Assembly (NCBI GenBank): GCA_002794465.1
Contig: MTSL01000168.1
Coordinates: 1-5,538 of the forward strand
DNA length: 5,538 bases
Direction: 5' to 3'
Origin: Paramicrosporidium saccamoebae KSL3
Lineage: Eukaryota > Fungi > Cryptomycota
A program made the position numbers and the translations under genes. A model generated the notes under the pieces. The model did no database searches and was not told the DNA's origin. It saw only the letters and a list, made by a program, of their open reading frames with translations. Below are positions 5,526 to 5,538 of this stretch, piece after piece; position 1 is the first letter of the stretch, and each line of letters opens with the position of its first letter.

Positions 5526-5538
5526 CCCCCCCCCCCCC
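5526..5538. repeat. C homopolymer (at least 13 nt) running to the end of the window
   Basis: Seen directly; may be a real tract at an assembly break or a sequencing artefact. Confidence 0.8.

Noticed and set aside
5526-5538. Telomeric repeat
   Set aside because: A pure homopolymer with no periodic unit such as CCCTAA.
1-5538. tRNA, rRNA, CRISPR array, transposon, non-standard genetic code
   Set aside because: No cloverleaf, rRNA motif, repeat-spacer array, terminal repeat or transposase/RT motif seen. TGA, TAA and TAG all terminate conserved proteins at their expected ends.

Overview
Eukaryotic, very gene-dense nuclear DNA, probably fungal or fungus-related; not bacterial despite the MnmE-like and MoaD-like ORFs. 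The ORF track is fragmented by six tiny GT-AG introns (29-36 nt, all ending in TAG) that I could reconstruct by hand. All recognisable genes are on the + strand: the 3' end of a probable small heat-shock (Hsp20) gene (1-72), URM1 (288-617, one intron), a Pho85/PCL-type cyclin (784-1812), the mitochondrial tRNA-modification GTPase MSS1/MnmE (2146-3686, one intron) and a Gyp7/TBC1D15-like Rab-GAP (3786-5369, four introns, 485 aa). AATAAA/ATTAAA hexamers sit on or close behind each stop codon. The window ends in a C13 homopolymer. I see no mobile element, CRISPR array or clearly new multi-gene system. The most interesting points are an unexplained coding-like ~330-nt stretch between the cyclin and MSS1 with competing gene models, a stop-free in-frame intron in URM1, and microsporidia-like compaction combined with a retained mitochondrial translation gene, which suggests (inference) a Rozellomycota or early-diverging microsporidian relative.
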